NCBI GenBank assembly: GCA_951406725.2
Contig: OX597828.1
Location: forward strand, 55,242,001 to 55,306,000
Length of the DNA stretch: 64,000 nucleotides
Direction: 5' to 3'
DNA from: Octopus vulgaris
Taxonomy: Eukaryota
Both the position numbers and the translations under genes were made by a program. Positions 38,403-50,058 of this stretch are shown piece after piece. Numbering within the stretch: the first letter of the stretch is position 1; each line of letters starts with the position of its first letter. A model generated the notes under the pieces. That model was not told the origin of the DNA, did no database searches, and was given only the letters and a program-made list of their open reading frames with translations.

Positions 38403-38733
38403 AGTGGCACTTTGAGCAAGTGTTTTTCTTCTACTATAACCTCGAGTCGACCAAAGCCTTATAAGTGGATTTGGTAGATGGAAAACTGAAAGAAACCCAT
38501 CGTATATATATCTATGTGTGCGAGTCTGCGTTTGTCTGCCACCACCCTTTACCACTTGACAACTGGTGTTGGTGTGTTTACATCACCATAACATTAGTGG
38601 TTCAGCAAAAGAGACCGATAGAATAAGTATCAGGCTTAAAAAATAAGTACTGAGGTTGATTTATCCAACTAAAAGTTCAAGGTGATGCCCCAGCATGGCC
38701 ACAATCCAATGACTGAAACAGGTAAAAGATAAA
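38403..38733 (+). mobile_element. SINE family A, CpG-decayed, 5' truncated
   Basis: Family A match with many CG>TG/CA changes. Confidence 0.8.
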
Positions 38734-38938
38734 AGTATTATGTAGTTGTTCATTTATTGAATGATCAGAACAATATCGCTGATGTGGTCACCAGCAAATA
38801 TAAAGAGAATTAAAGAACACGGAACAGTACATAGGTACTTCAGCTGGAAAAAATCTTAAGATCATGGGACCATACCACATTGTGAACTGGTCACTCTATT
38901 CCAGCTTGTTGTACAGTAAATATTCATTTCATTATGTA

Positions 38939-39276
38939 AGGCAGAAACGTTAGTATGCTGGGTGAAATGCTTAGTGGTGTTTTGTCTGTCTTTATGTTCT
39001 GAGTTCAAATTCCGCTGAGGTTGACCTTGCCTTTCATCCTTTCAGGGTCAATGAAATAAGTACCAGTTAAACACTGGGGCCAATGTTGTCGACTTATCCC
39101 CACCCCCAAAATTTCAGGCCTTGTATCTATAGTTAAAAAAAAAAATTCCGGCAAGGTCAACTTTGCCTTTCTTCTTTTCAGGGTCGATAAATTAAGTACC
39201 AGTTGTGTACTGGGGTTGATCTAATCGACTGGCACCTTCCCCAGAGATTTCGGGCCTTGTGCCTAGAGTAGTAAAG
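38939..39276 (+). mobile_element. SINE family B dimer, CpG-decayed, with a perfect 20-bp TSD
   Basis: AATATTCATTTCATTATGTA at 38919-38938 and 39277-39296. Confidence 0.85.
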
Positions 39277-41170
39277 AATATTCATTTCATTATGTACATA
39301 TACATAAGTTGGTTTTAAATAAGTTCTTCTATTATAAACATTAATCCATAAGTATTTAAACTGGTCATATGAGGCTCAAATATATACCTGTTTTATGCTT
39401 AGACTGGGCCAGATCCAGCCTCTCACACTTATCCTATAATGTCATTCTTAAAATAAACAATCACATCATCGAAATATGGAAGCTACAAGATAACAGATGA
39501 TAAATTCAAAGTAAATAAACAAGCATTACATTCAGCAGAATAATCTGAATAAAAAAAGGGTTAAAAATGACTTAAAGTATTTTGATTTTCTTATTAATTA
39601 GGGCTTCAGCTAATCATCATAAATATCATGGGTTCAATTCCTAGACTTGACTGGATTAACAAGGGGAGGCTGATAGCTCATGAAAGATGACTTTTTTTTT
39701 TGTAAACACAAATTGAAAGTCAAGTTTCTTTTTTGTGTATGTAAATGGCAAACACTCATGTTACCTTTGCAGAGGTGGTAGTTTGGTCAGTCATAATGTG
39801 AATCGTAATTATTTAATAAGATTTCTAAAAGCAAAATCACCAACATACTGGCGGTGTCCCAGCATGGCCACAGTCAAATGACTGAAACAAGTAAAAGAAA
39901 GCCATTCAAGGGCTGTGACTTCAAATTCAGAAACAATGGTTGTGTGTGTGTGTGTGTATGGGGGTTATTTAACCTGTGAGATAAGACATGAATATATATT
40001 TGTTTAAAGTATTGAATAACAATCTCACCTAAATGCAGACAATATTGACTCCCTCAGATTGCTATATGACACCAAACTGTCATTTGATAAATCATTTTAA
40101 GTTAGCCAAATGTCCACAGTTTTTGATGTAAGCAATATTTTATTCTCAGATTTAGTGAATGAATTATTGCATGGGGACAACAAACAAACTCATCATTTAT
40201 AACTTAGCACTTTGACATGTGTCTACAAATTTCTTATACATCACCATGCATATATGACTGAAGAAATGTCTCTCTCTCTCTGCCCCTCTTCCCCTCTCTC
40301 CCTCTTCCTCACTGTCTATATGTGTGTGTGTATATATATATATACCGATGTTGGTGTGTTTACGTCCCCATAACTTAGCGGTTCGACAAAAGAGACCGAT
40401 AGAATAAGTACTAGGCTTACAAAGAATAAGTCCTGGGGTCGATTTGCTCGACTAAAGGCAGTGCTCCAGCATGGCCTCAGTCAAATGACTGAAACAAGTA
40501 AAAGAGTAAAAAAGAGTAATTAATTTGTTTTGATATTTTCCAAATTTCCAATATTTCCCGAGATATGTGTGTGTGTATTTGTGTGTCTGTGTTTGTCCCC
40601 CCAACATCGCTTGACAACCGATGTTTGTGTGTTTATGTCCCTAAAAGAACTGATAGAATAAGTACTAGGCTTACAAAGAATAAGCCCTGGGATCGATTTG
40701 CTTGACTAAAGGCGGTGCTCCAGCATGTTTCAAATGACTGAAACAAAAACAAAGAAAAAAAGAGTAAAACAAGGGACAGAATGCTCTGCGCTATTCAGTA
40801 AGGCCCATTCGTGTTGTGAGTTCAAATCCCACCAAGGTCGACTTCGCTCTCTTACTCCGTGGGCCTATAAATTCTAATACCTGCCAAGGACGATCATTGA
40901 TAATACAGACTCCCTTCGATATTCCGGCCTTGAGCGTTCCTAAGAAATCCTTATTATTTAGTTATGACTGACTGAGAGAAAATGTTGTGCATCAGACGAA
41001 ATGTGTTGTGGGATAAAAAAACTTTGTTCCACCAGGTCCTGGGTTCATATCTTGCTGGAGTCGATAAAATGACATCGGTTGTGTGCTGCATTAAATATAA
41101 AAGCCTGTGCATTGAACCTCAACATTAATATGCAATTCGTAGAAAGTTGCGTAATATAAAGACAGATAGA

Positions 41171-41590
41171 AGGCGGCGAGCTGGCAGAGTGGTTAGCACG
41201 CTGGACGAAATGCTTAGCGGTATTTCGTCTGTCGTTACGTTCTGAGTTCAAATTCCGCCGAGGTCGACTTTGCCTTTCATCCTTTCGGGGTCGATTAGAT
41301 AAGTACCAGTTACGCACTGGGGTCGATGTAATCGACTTAATCCGTTTGTCTGTCATTGTTTGTCCTCTCTGTGTTTAGCCCCTTGTGGGTAGTAAAGAAA
41401 TAGGTATTTCGTCTGCCGCTACATTCTGAGTTCAAATTCCACCGAGGTCGACTTTGCCTTTCTTCCTTTCGGGATCGATTAAATAAGTACCAGTTACGCA
41501 CTGGGGTCGATGTAATCGACTTAATCCGTTTGTCTGTCCTTGTTTGTCCCCTCTGTGTTTAGCCCCTTGTGGTTAATAAAGATAATAAAT
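41171..41590 (+). mobile_element. SINE family B dimer
   Basis: Two body units, CpG-rich; flanked by ATATAAAGACAG duplications. Confidence 0.9.
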
Positions 41591-42258
41591 ATATAAAGAC
41601 AGGTAGTAAAGAAACAATTGTTTGAACGATGTACTGGATATATTAAGGGAGTTTCAAAGAAAAACAAGGGATACAGAGAAAAATAAATTAAAATAGAGGA
41701 TGGGCGGTTAATTGGTAAATAGAATAATAAAAGCTACTTCCGCGTAATTTTAATGTATTCTGTTAATTACGTTTTGGTATTACGACAGCTCGATGTTTCA
41801 AGGGAGATTAAAATGTATTTTATCTTTATTTAGGCCTGCCAAAGTTGTCTCCCTTACATCTGTAACTGTAACTGTAACTTATGGCTTTTCAGATTTTATT
41901 TGGGAGAAGGCTGTATATGTCTGTCCATAGTTGTCGCACCTTCGCTACGCGCTAGTTATGAACTTATGAACAAAGTTATTCCATTTATGACCATCCCGGT
42001 TAGTTTTTATAAGTTTTCAGGCTTCAATGATCTACGGTTATAATAATACAATTTGTCCGTCTCCTTTTTAAAGTGGTTGGATGTGACTTCAGTGAGTTAA
42101 TGACTGCTTAGCCTATAGAGGCGCCGTTATTGTCTGTAAATATGAGTGTGTGTGCATGTCTGTGTGTGTGTGTGTGGCCGCAGTCACATGACTGAAGCAA
42201 GTAAAACAATAAAGAACTACGCCATTTTAATCCCGAGCAACGCCGGGTATCTCTGCTA

Positions 42259-42284
<26 letters not shown>

Positions 42285-42292
<8 letters not shown>

Positions 42293-42450
42293 GTTGTATA
42301 CTGTCAATCTAACACGAACGTGACACAGGGACACAGGGAAAAATGTGTCAAAGCCATCAGGAGGCGTCGATGCTTCCTAGGGCTATACAGCGGTGGTGTA
42401 CCCCCCTACTGTCACGTTCGTGTTAGATTGACAGTATACAACCATTCTAT
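42285..42450. repeat. Perfect 41-bp inverted repeat
   Basis: Arms 42285-42325 and 42410-42450. Confidence 0.93.
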
Positions 42451-42490
42451 CGCCCCACCACCGTACATGTCTCTAGATTTAGAAATTTAG

Positions 42491-42570
<80 letters not shown>

Positions 42571-43556
42571 CATACATACAAACATGTGTGTGTGTGTATG
42601 TTCTTATGTTTGTGCGTAATGAGTTTACGTGTGCCTCTATCTTGACATCACATGATAGTTGCAAACGAGCATCATCACACAAGCAAGGCTCTTCATTTCC
42701 AGTCTTTCACGAAAACCTATGTCTGACCACGGGGAAAATATTGTGTTGCTGGGAAACAGGTGACTGCGGCCATGCTGGAGCACCTCCTAATGGAGTCTCA
42801 GTCGAACAAATCGCCCCAGGACTTATCCTTTGTAAGAAAGGCATCCAGCTGCAGAAAATCAGCCTTAAAAATATTGTCTGACCCAAACAAGCGTTGAAAA
42901 GTAGGCACTATATGATGAAGATGATGATGATGATGACAATGATGATGATAAAAGCTAGTTCTCAAGAGACTATTTCTCAAGAGACTATTTCTCAAGAGAC
43001 TATTTTCATTTCATTATTATCATATTAAGGTGGCGAGCGGCAGAATCGTTAGCACGTCGGTTGAAATGCTTAGCGGCATTTCGCCTATCGCTACGTTCTG
43101 AGTTCAAATTCCACCGAGGTCGACTTTACCTTTCATTCTTTCAGGGTCGATAAATTAAGTAGCAGTTGAGTACTGGGGTCGATGTAATCGATTCATCCCC
43201 GCCCTCAAAATTGCTGCCTTTGAGGCAAAATTTAAACCATTATTATATTTTTTTCTTTTGCTTTTTTTCAGTTATTTGACTGCGGCCATGCTGGAGTACC
43301 TCCTCAGGGGGTTTCAGTCGAACAAATCGCCCCCCAGGACTTATTCTTTGTAAGCCTAGTTCTGATTCTATTGGGCTCTTTTGTCGAACCGCTGTGTTAC
43401 AGGGACATAAAAATACTAACGTCAGTTGTCAAGCGATGGTGGGGGACGGGGGCAAACGGACACAGGCACACAAATATACATACATATATACAAATATATA
43501 TATGTATCTATATCTATCTATCTATATACATACATACATACATATATATATATATA

Positions 43557-43860
43557 TCACCGTGATCACCGTGAGCGACCAGGCTATCAGATGTTGCTAC
43601 ACATCGCTGGTCACAATGCGCTTCGCATTGTTTTAGCCTTCAAATGACGCCACCCCACTGGCTAAGCGAGCAGGCCAACAGAAGAAAGGGTGAGAGAAAG
43701 TTGTGGCGAAAGAGTACAGCAGGGACCGCTACCAACCCTTGCCGGAGCCTCGTGGAGCTTTAGGTGTTTTTGCTCAATAAAAACTCACTACGCCTTGTCT
43801 GGTAATCGAAACCGCGATCCTACGACCGTGAGTCTGCTACTCTAACCACTGGGCCATTGG
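43557..43860 (-). mobile_element. tRNA-derived SINE family D, full length
   Basis: Minus-strand head TGGCCCAGTGGTTAG...GGTTTCGATTACC; related heads at 48575-48860 (-) and 56305-56440 (+). Confidence 0.82.
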
Positions 43861-43895
43861 TTAATAATACAGATATAATAATACAGATATAATAA

Positions 43896-43996
<101 letters not shown>

Positions 43997-44240
43997 TATT
44001 ATATATATATATATATATGTGTGTGTGATGGAATAAGTACCAAACTTTAAAAAGGAAGTCCTGGGGTCGATTCATTCGACTAAAACCCTTCAAAGCTGAG
44101 CTCCAGCGTGGCCACGGTCAAATGACTGAAACAAGTAAAAGATCAAAGGTAAAGCACTTCGCCCGACTTACTAACGATTCTGACTGCTTGCTTTGCCCTA
44201 TTTGTCGTACAGCTGATATTAAAAGAACAATAATTATAGG

Positions 44241-44585
44241 TTTTATTACTTCGGCCTTATCGAAGGCAGAGGTATTGTTTTCAGTCGTGCTTGTTTGTTT
44301 GTTTGTTTGTCCGTGGACAAAATATCTCAAGAACTGCCGGATGGATTCGGATGATGTTTGGCCTCGTGACGGATCGATCCGTTAACGGACACGGATTCTG
44401 GGTGATTTTTCCTGTTTTTTTTATTTAATTTTTAAGCGCGGCCGGGTTCATTTTTAGTATTCTCTTTTGTGAGAGCAGTCGAGTTTATATCAGATATTCT
44501 CATTTTAAAAATCATTTCTGGCTAATTGTTGAGAGGACATTGGTGTTGCCTTGGCGGGGCTTTGCGCTCTTTGAGTACTCTTGTT
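44241..44585 (+). mobile_element. Helentron-associated (DINE-1/HINE-like) element
   Basis: TTTATTACTTCGGCC...GGTATTGTTTTC, (TTTG)n, 3' TTGGCGG and AGAG/CTCT-type hairpin ending TTGTT. Confidence 0.6.
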
Positions 44586-44864
44586 ACTTATTGTTATTCA
44601 TTGAGGCAGCGAGCTGGTAGAATTGTTAGCGCGCTGGACGAAATGTTTAGCGGCATTTCGCCCGTCGCTACCTTTTGAGCTCAAATTGTGCCGAGGTCGA
44701 CTTTACCTTTAATCTTTTCGGGGTCGATAAATAAAGTACTAGTTGAATACTGGTGACGAGGTGATCGACTTTCACCCTCCCCCAAATTTCAGGCCTTGTG
44801 CCTATAATAGAAAATATTATTTAATGTTATTATTATTTATCACAAGGTTAGTTAAAAGTACAGG

Positions 44865-45071
44865 GGCGCAGGAGTGGCTGTGTGGTAAGTAGCTTGCTAA
44901 CCAACCACATGGTTTCAGGTTCAGTCCCACTGCATGGCACCTTGGGCAAGAGTCTTCTGCTATAGCCTCGGGAAGACCAAAGCCTTCTGAATGGATTTGG
45001 TAGACGGAAACTGAAAAAAGCCCGTCGTATATATATATATATATATATACACATATATATATGCATATGTA

Positions 45072-45131
<60 letters not shown>

Positions 45132-45310
45132 AACATCACTTGACATCGATGCTGGTGTGTTTACGTCTCCGTAACTTAGCGGTTCGGCAAAAGAGGCCGA
45201 TAGAATAAGTACTAGGCTTACAAAGAATAAGTCCTGGGGGTCGATTTGCTCGTCTAAAGGTGGTGCTCCAGCATGGCCGCAGTCAAAATGACTGAAACGA
45301 ATAAAAGAAT
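44865..45310 (+). mobile_element. SINE family A, full length
   Basis: Consensus-like with internal (TA)n(TG)n. Confidence 0.9.
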
Positions 45311-45624
45311 AAAAAAAAGAAAACGAATAAAGAACAACAAATAATTGCATGATTAACATTACACACAACCAATATTGCAGACTACTAACGATTGCATTAG
45401 TATTATAGACTCCTAATCAGTATATGGTTAATGTTAGAGACTACTAACTATTGTATTATTAATGCTAATTATTATATGGTTAATATTACAGATGTTGAAT
45501 ATTTGAAATGGTTAAGGCTGAAATCTGGCGATGGAAATTGCAGTCTGTGCTTGGTATGGTTAACAGTTATTTTCATTAGTTTTTTTCCTTCATCTTACTT
45601 TCCTGTTCGTTAGCTTTCTACACA

Positions 45625-45693
<69 letters not shown>

Positions 45694-46398
45694 CCATACA
45701 CACTCTCTCATACACTTTTCACCTCATTCGACTGAGGCCACTGACCTGCTCGAGGACCGACACAAATACAAACGCATACGCCTTACAGATACTACCACTT
45801 GCACACACACATATACCACATACACATACTACTCATCTACTCACATAAGCACCAACACACATATTACTCGCACATACTACGCAACCACACTGGCGCCTAT
45901 AAATACAGAGACTGGCTTGTTTGCGAGTTCAAACGCGCCACGAGCACATTTGAACTGGTAGTAACATTGTATATATATATAACGTTCGTATTACTTTTGT
46001 TCTACTTGTCCTGTCGTTTACTGTTTTTATTTCTATTTGTATTTTTACTGTCTTGTATTATTTTTACTGTCCTGTTTTTGTTACCACTTTTACCCCTCCG
46101 CAAAAAATCTCAAATTATTTGCGGGAAGGACCATTTCATCTGAGTCGTGTCTCGCCTTTACCTTCGAAACGCGGAGTAGACGAAAGGGAGGCGGCTGAAG
46201 AAGGGGAATTTTCTTTGTGTCGTATGTCTTGTACCCTGTTTCTTTGTTGTTTAAAAAATTGTCCGTTTCCACGGTTCTGTTTTTATGTTTTCGTTTCTCA
46301 TTGTGTTCGAGGTTTTTTTGGTGTCCTGTACCTATATATGCATGTATATATACATATAGATGCAGGTAAGTACATATACGTATGTATATATGCATATG

Positions 46399-46458
<60 letters not shown>

Positions 46459-46459
46459 A

Positions 46460-47088
46460 ATATAGGACAAAATTAAAAAAAAATTTATCAATGGCCAGCA
46501 TATTAAAAAATACCTTATAGTGATGAATTATATGGTTATGGACGATGTGTCTAGTTTTGGCATATTTGGCATTAGAAATTTTTTCTTTTGCCCTTATTTA
46601 TAAGTTGTTTATAAATTTAACCTTTAAAAGTATTTTTTAATATGCTGGCCATTGATAGAATTTTTTTTCGAAAAATTTTTTCCTATATTAGATGTAAATT
46701 TAATAGTGTTCACTTTTGGACTCTCTCTCTCTATGAGAGTTTTCAGTCCGATCGCACGTGTCTCGAGGTGTGCTGGAGAATTTCTATTTTGGATATATTT
46801 GGGGTACTTAATTGTGCTCACGATTTAGTGTTTGCTTCTTCCATGGGTATAAGTAAGTATTTCATATAATTCTTTGCCGCATTTATCACTGACGAAAAGA
46901 AGGTTCTTATGACTTAACTCTGAAATCGGGTCCGATATGATAATAACGGAATTTTTTAGAAATTTTTGTCGGCTTTCTTCGAGGCGCGTGCTTGTAGTGA
47001 TGAATTATATGGTAATTGACGATATGTCTGTTTTCGGCATATTTGGCATTAGAAAATTTTTTCTTTTGCCCTTGTTTAGAAGTTGTAT

Positions 47089-47090
<2 letters not shown>
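46460..47090 (+). mobile_element. Penelope-like element with inverted and direct pseudo-LTR segments
   Basis: Inverted repeat about 46461-46515 / 46628-46686; direct repeat about 46518-46610 / 46995-47088; hammerhead-like motif at 46884-46937. Confidence 0.6.
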
Positions 47091-47127
<37 letters not shown>

Positions 47128-48574
47128 CAACTTATAACGGTTTTTATGTGTTTCTTAAATGGCTTATAAACACCTTCCACGCTGCAGTTGTTTTCGTTCC
47201 AGCACACGATCTCAGATCAGGTCCCTTGCTATGCAATACATCTCCCTAGTTTTTAAGCATCGGATGGTTACAAGGGTCCACCAGAATAAAATAGTAATCA
47301 AAGGGGTCCATAGATAAAAGTGGTTGAGAACCACTGTGATAAGGCTAATTTGTCAAGGTAATGCTTACATGTAATGCTTACATACGTATATACATACATA
47401 GTTAATCCAAACATGAACAAAGAGAAAATACAACAATGCAAGGACGTAGAATAAGTACAGTGTTATTGGACGCTCAGAAAAGGAAAGAAAGAAGGAGGAC
47501 TTCACGTTTAGAGAGGAGGTCTTCGTCAGAAATATAGGAAAAAAGAAACTCATACGTGCATACATACAAGTTCATACATATATACATACATGTACATGCA
47601 GATATACGTACACACAGTGCTGTCTTAAATATACAGCTATTACGGTAACCTCTCTTGTTGTACATAAACTGCATATGTTTCGATTTCATGCACACACACA
47701 TGCACACACACATAGACACACACGCAGACACATGCATACATGCAGATCTGTTCCTGACTTCCATACTGACTAAAGGATTAAGGATTAAGCTGAACATTAA
47801 TCTGTTTGTTTAGTAAAACTGCATCCGGTTATTGTCAGTATTATTCTGGGACAAAACAGAAATCTTAGCTTTGTACACATACATACCCATACACACACGC
47901 ATACACTCACATGCTCGCACACACACACACACACTCATCCACACGCACACATACAAACACATTCACAATCGCACACACTCATACACATTCACATACATAT
48001 ACACGCACTGCTATGCACACAGATACGCACACACACTCATACATATTCACACAGACATGCACACTCACATACATACACAGACACATGCAATCACATGCAT
48101 ATACACACACTCACAGACACATACACTCACATATTCATTCACACAGTCATACACGCACCTGTTCATGCACACACACACACTCCCTCATACTCTCATATCC
48201 ACATACACACATATACACACTCATACACACTCGGGCACACATAATTATACACACTCACATGCACATACTCATACACACACAACCCCTCTCCAATGGACGG
48301 ATGTTTATCAGTTTCAACAATAATTATACACTTGTTTGATCAACTGAATTTCCGGCTCATTCAAGTGGTTGAGTATTCCTCAGACATGTGTAGGTTAAAC
48401 CCAATTCTCTAGCAGTACCAGTGTGTAACACGACTGTACCAATGAATTACTGGTACAATCCATTTAAAGAGCTTCCATACAATTTCCATCTCCCCAGTTT
48501 TACTCAGACACACACACACACATACTTAATTTGTTGGTACAAACACCTTGCTTCATCCTTTAGAAGGAACAGTT

Positions 48575-48860
48575 ATTTGTTCCTTATCGAGCCACGCTTG
48601 GCTCATAAGGGCCGGTTTCCCGGTTTCCTTGGCGTATAGGTTCCCCACCTGGTCCGTCGCAGGTGGGCTGCAAGATGCAGGAAGAAAGAGTGAGAGAAAG
48701 TTGTGGCGAAAGAGTCAGCAGAAGTTTCGCCATTACCTTCTGCCGGAGCTGCGTGGAGCTTAGGTGTTTCGCTCATAAACACACACATTGCCCGGTCTGA
48801 GATTCGAACCCGCGACCCCTCGACTGCGAGTCCGCTGCTCTGATCACTAGGTTATGTGCC
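48575..48860 (-). mobile_element. SINE related to family D with a different 3' tail
   Basis: Shares head and GAGAGAAAGTTGTGGCGAAAGAGT body with 43557-43860; the tail differs. Confidence 0.75.
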
Positions 48861-49445
48861 TCCACCATAATGAAGTGCTAATCAGTAAATGTGGATGGAA
48901 CCAGTGGAAGATGGAGATCCAGAAAAACATGGGACGAAGGATTGAGACACTTGGGTATAAATTATGCACGCGCGCGCGCGCGTGTGTGTGTGTATGTGTG
49001 TGTGTGTATGTGTATGTGTGTGTGTACGTGTGTGTGTGTGTATGTGCGTGTGAATGTATATGACTGTGTCAATGTGTGTCTATGAATGTGTATGTTCGTG
49101 CGTGTATAAATGCATTTGAGAGAGGTAAACGAACAGAGTACATTTATATAAAGATCTGCATGTCAGTGAATGTTTGTCTGTATGTCATATATTACATGTA
49201 TTGCTTACATGTATATATTGCATGTATGTATATACATCTAAGTGTGTGTGTGTGTTTGTCCGTGTCTTTATGTGTTTGGTGATCTGTCTTGTTATGGTGC
49301 TTCTGCCATGTTTGTGTTTGCGTGTATGTTTGTGCGGCATAAATTGCACCGGGTTTGCTTATTAGCATATGAGTGTGTTTGCTCTCTCTCTCTCTCTCTT
49401 TCACACACATATATACATATATACGTATATATACACACATATACA

Positions 49446-49476
<31 letters not shown>

Positions 49477-49527
49477 GTATATATATACATATAAGTATAC
49501 ATACATATATATATGTATATGTGTATA

Positions 49528-49593
<66 letters not shown>

Positions 49594-50024
49594 CACATAT
49601 GCACTCTCTCACTCACACACACATATATATACATATATGTACATATATATATGTCTATATATCTACATATATATATGTGTATATATGTATGTATCATATA
49701 TATAATACGTATGTGTATACACCACACACATATACATATATGTATATGTATGGAAATGTTTGTAAATGTAAATGTAAATACGTGTTGTTGTTTTTTCTTC
49801 TTCGTTTTTGCTTTGCTTTTGTTGCTGAGTGGCAGCTCCGGGTCAACTAATTCCCCAACATGTTGCCATTTGCTGGTGTTTTTTTTTGTTATTGTTCTTG
49901 ATCAGCACCGCTACCCATTCCAACAACTCTCCAGACTTCCAGCTTAAAAGATATACAGAACTGTAAGATAGCACAGCAATCAGCCTTGCTTTCCTAATCA
50001 TGATCAGCTTGACCGTAATGGGTG

Positions 50025-50058
50025 AGGTCATTTTGACCTACAAGTTGGGGTTATAAAA
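50025..50058 (+). promoter_or_regulatory. Perfect ERE-type palindrome (IR3) with adjacent TATA box
   Basis: AGGTCA-TTT-TGACCT at 50025-50039; TATAAAA at 50052-50058. The motif is directly visible; function is unproven. Confidence 0.35.

Larger units (their letters stand above)
37376..40257 (-). ncRNA. Candidate spliced minus-strand transcript (lncRNA or smORF), exons 40257-40029, 39824-39765, 38236-38115 and 37591 onward
   Basis: Paired acceptor and donor sites on the minus strand in unique, CpG-poor sequence; no long continuous ORF; no expression data. Confidence 0.35.

Noticed and set aside
40146-40197. Box C/D snoRNA on the minus strand (ATGATGA...CTGA)
   Set aside because: Only about 50 nt, no terminal stem and no recognisable rRNA complement.
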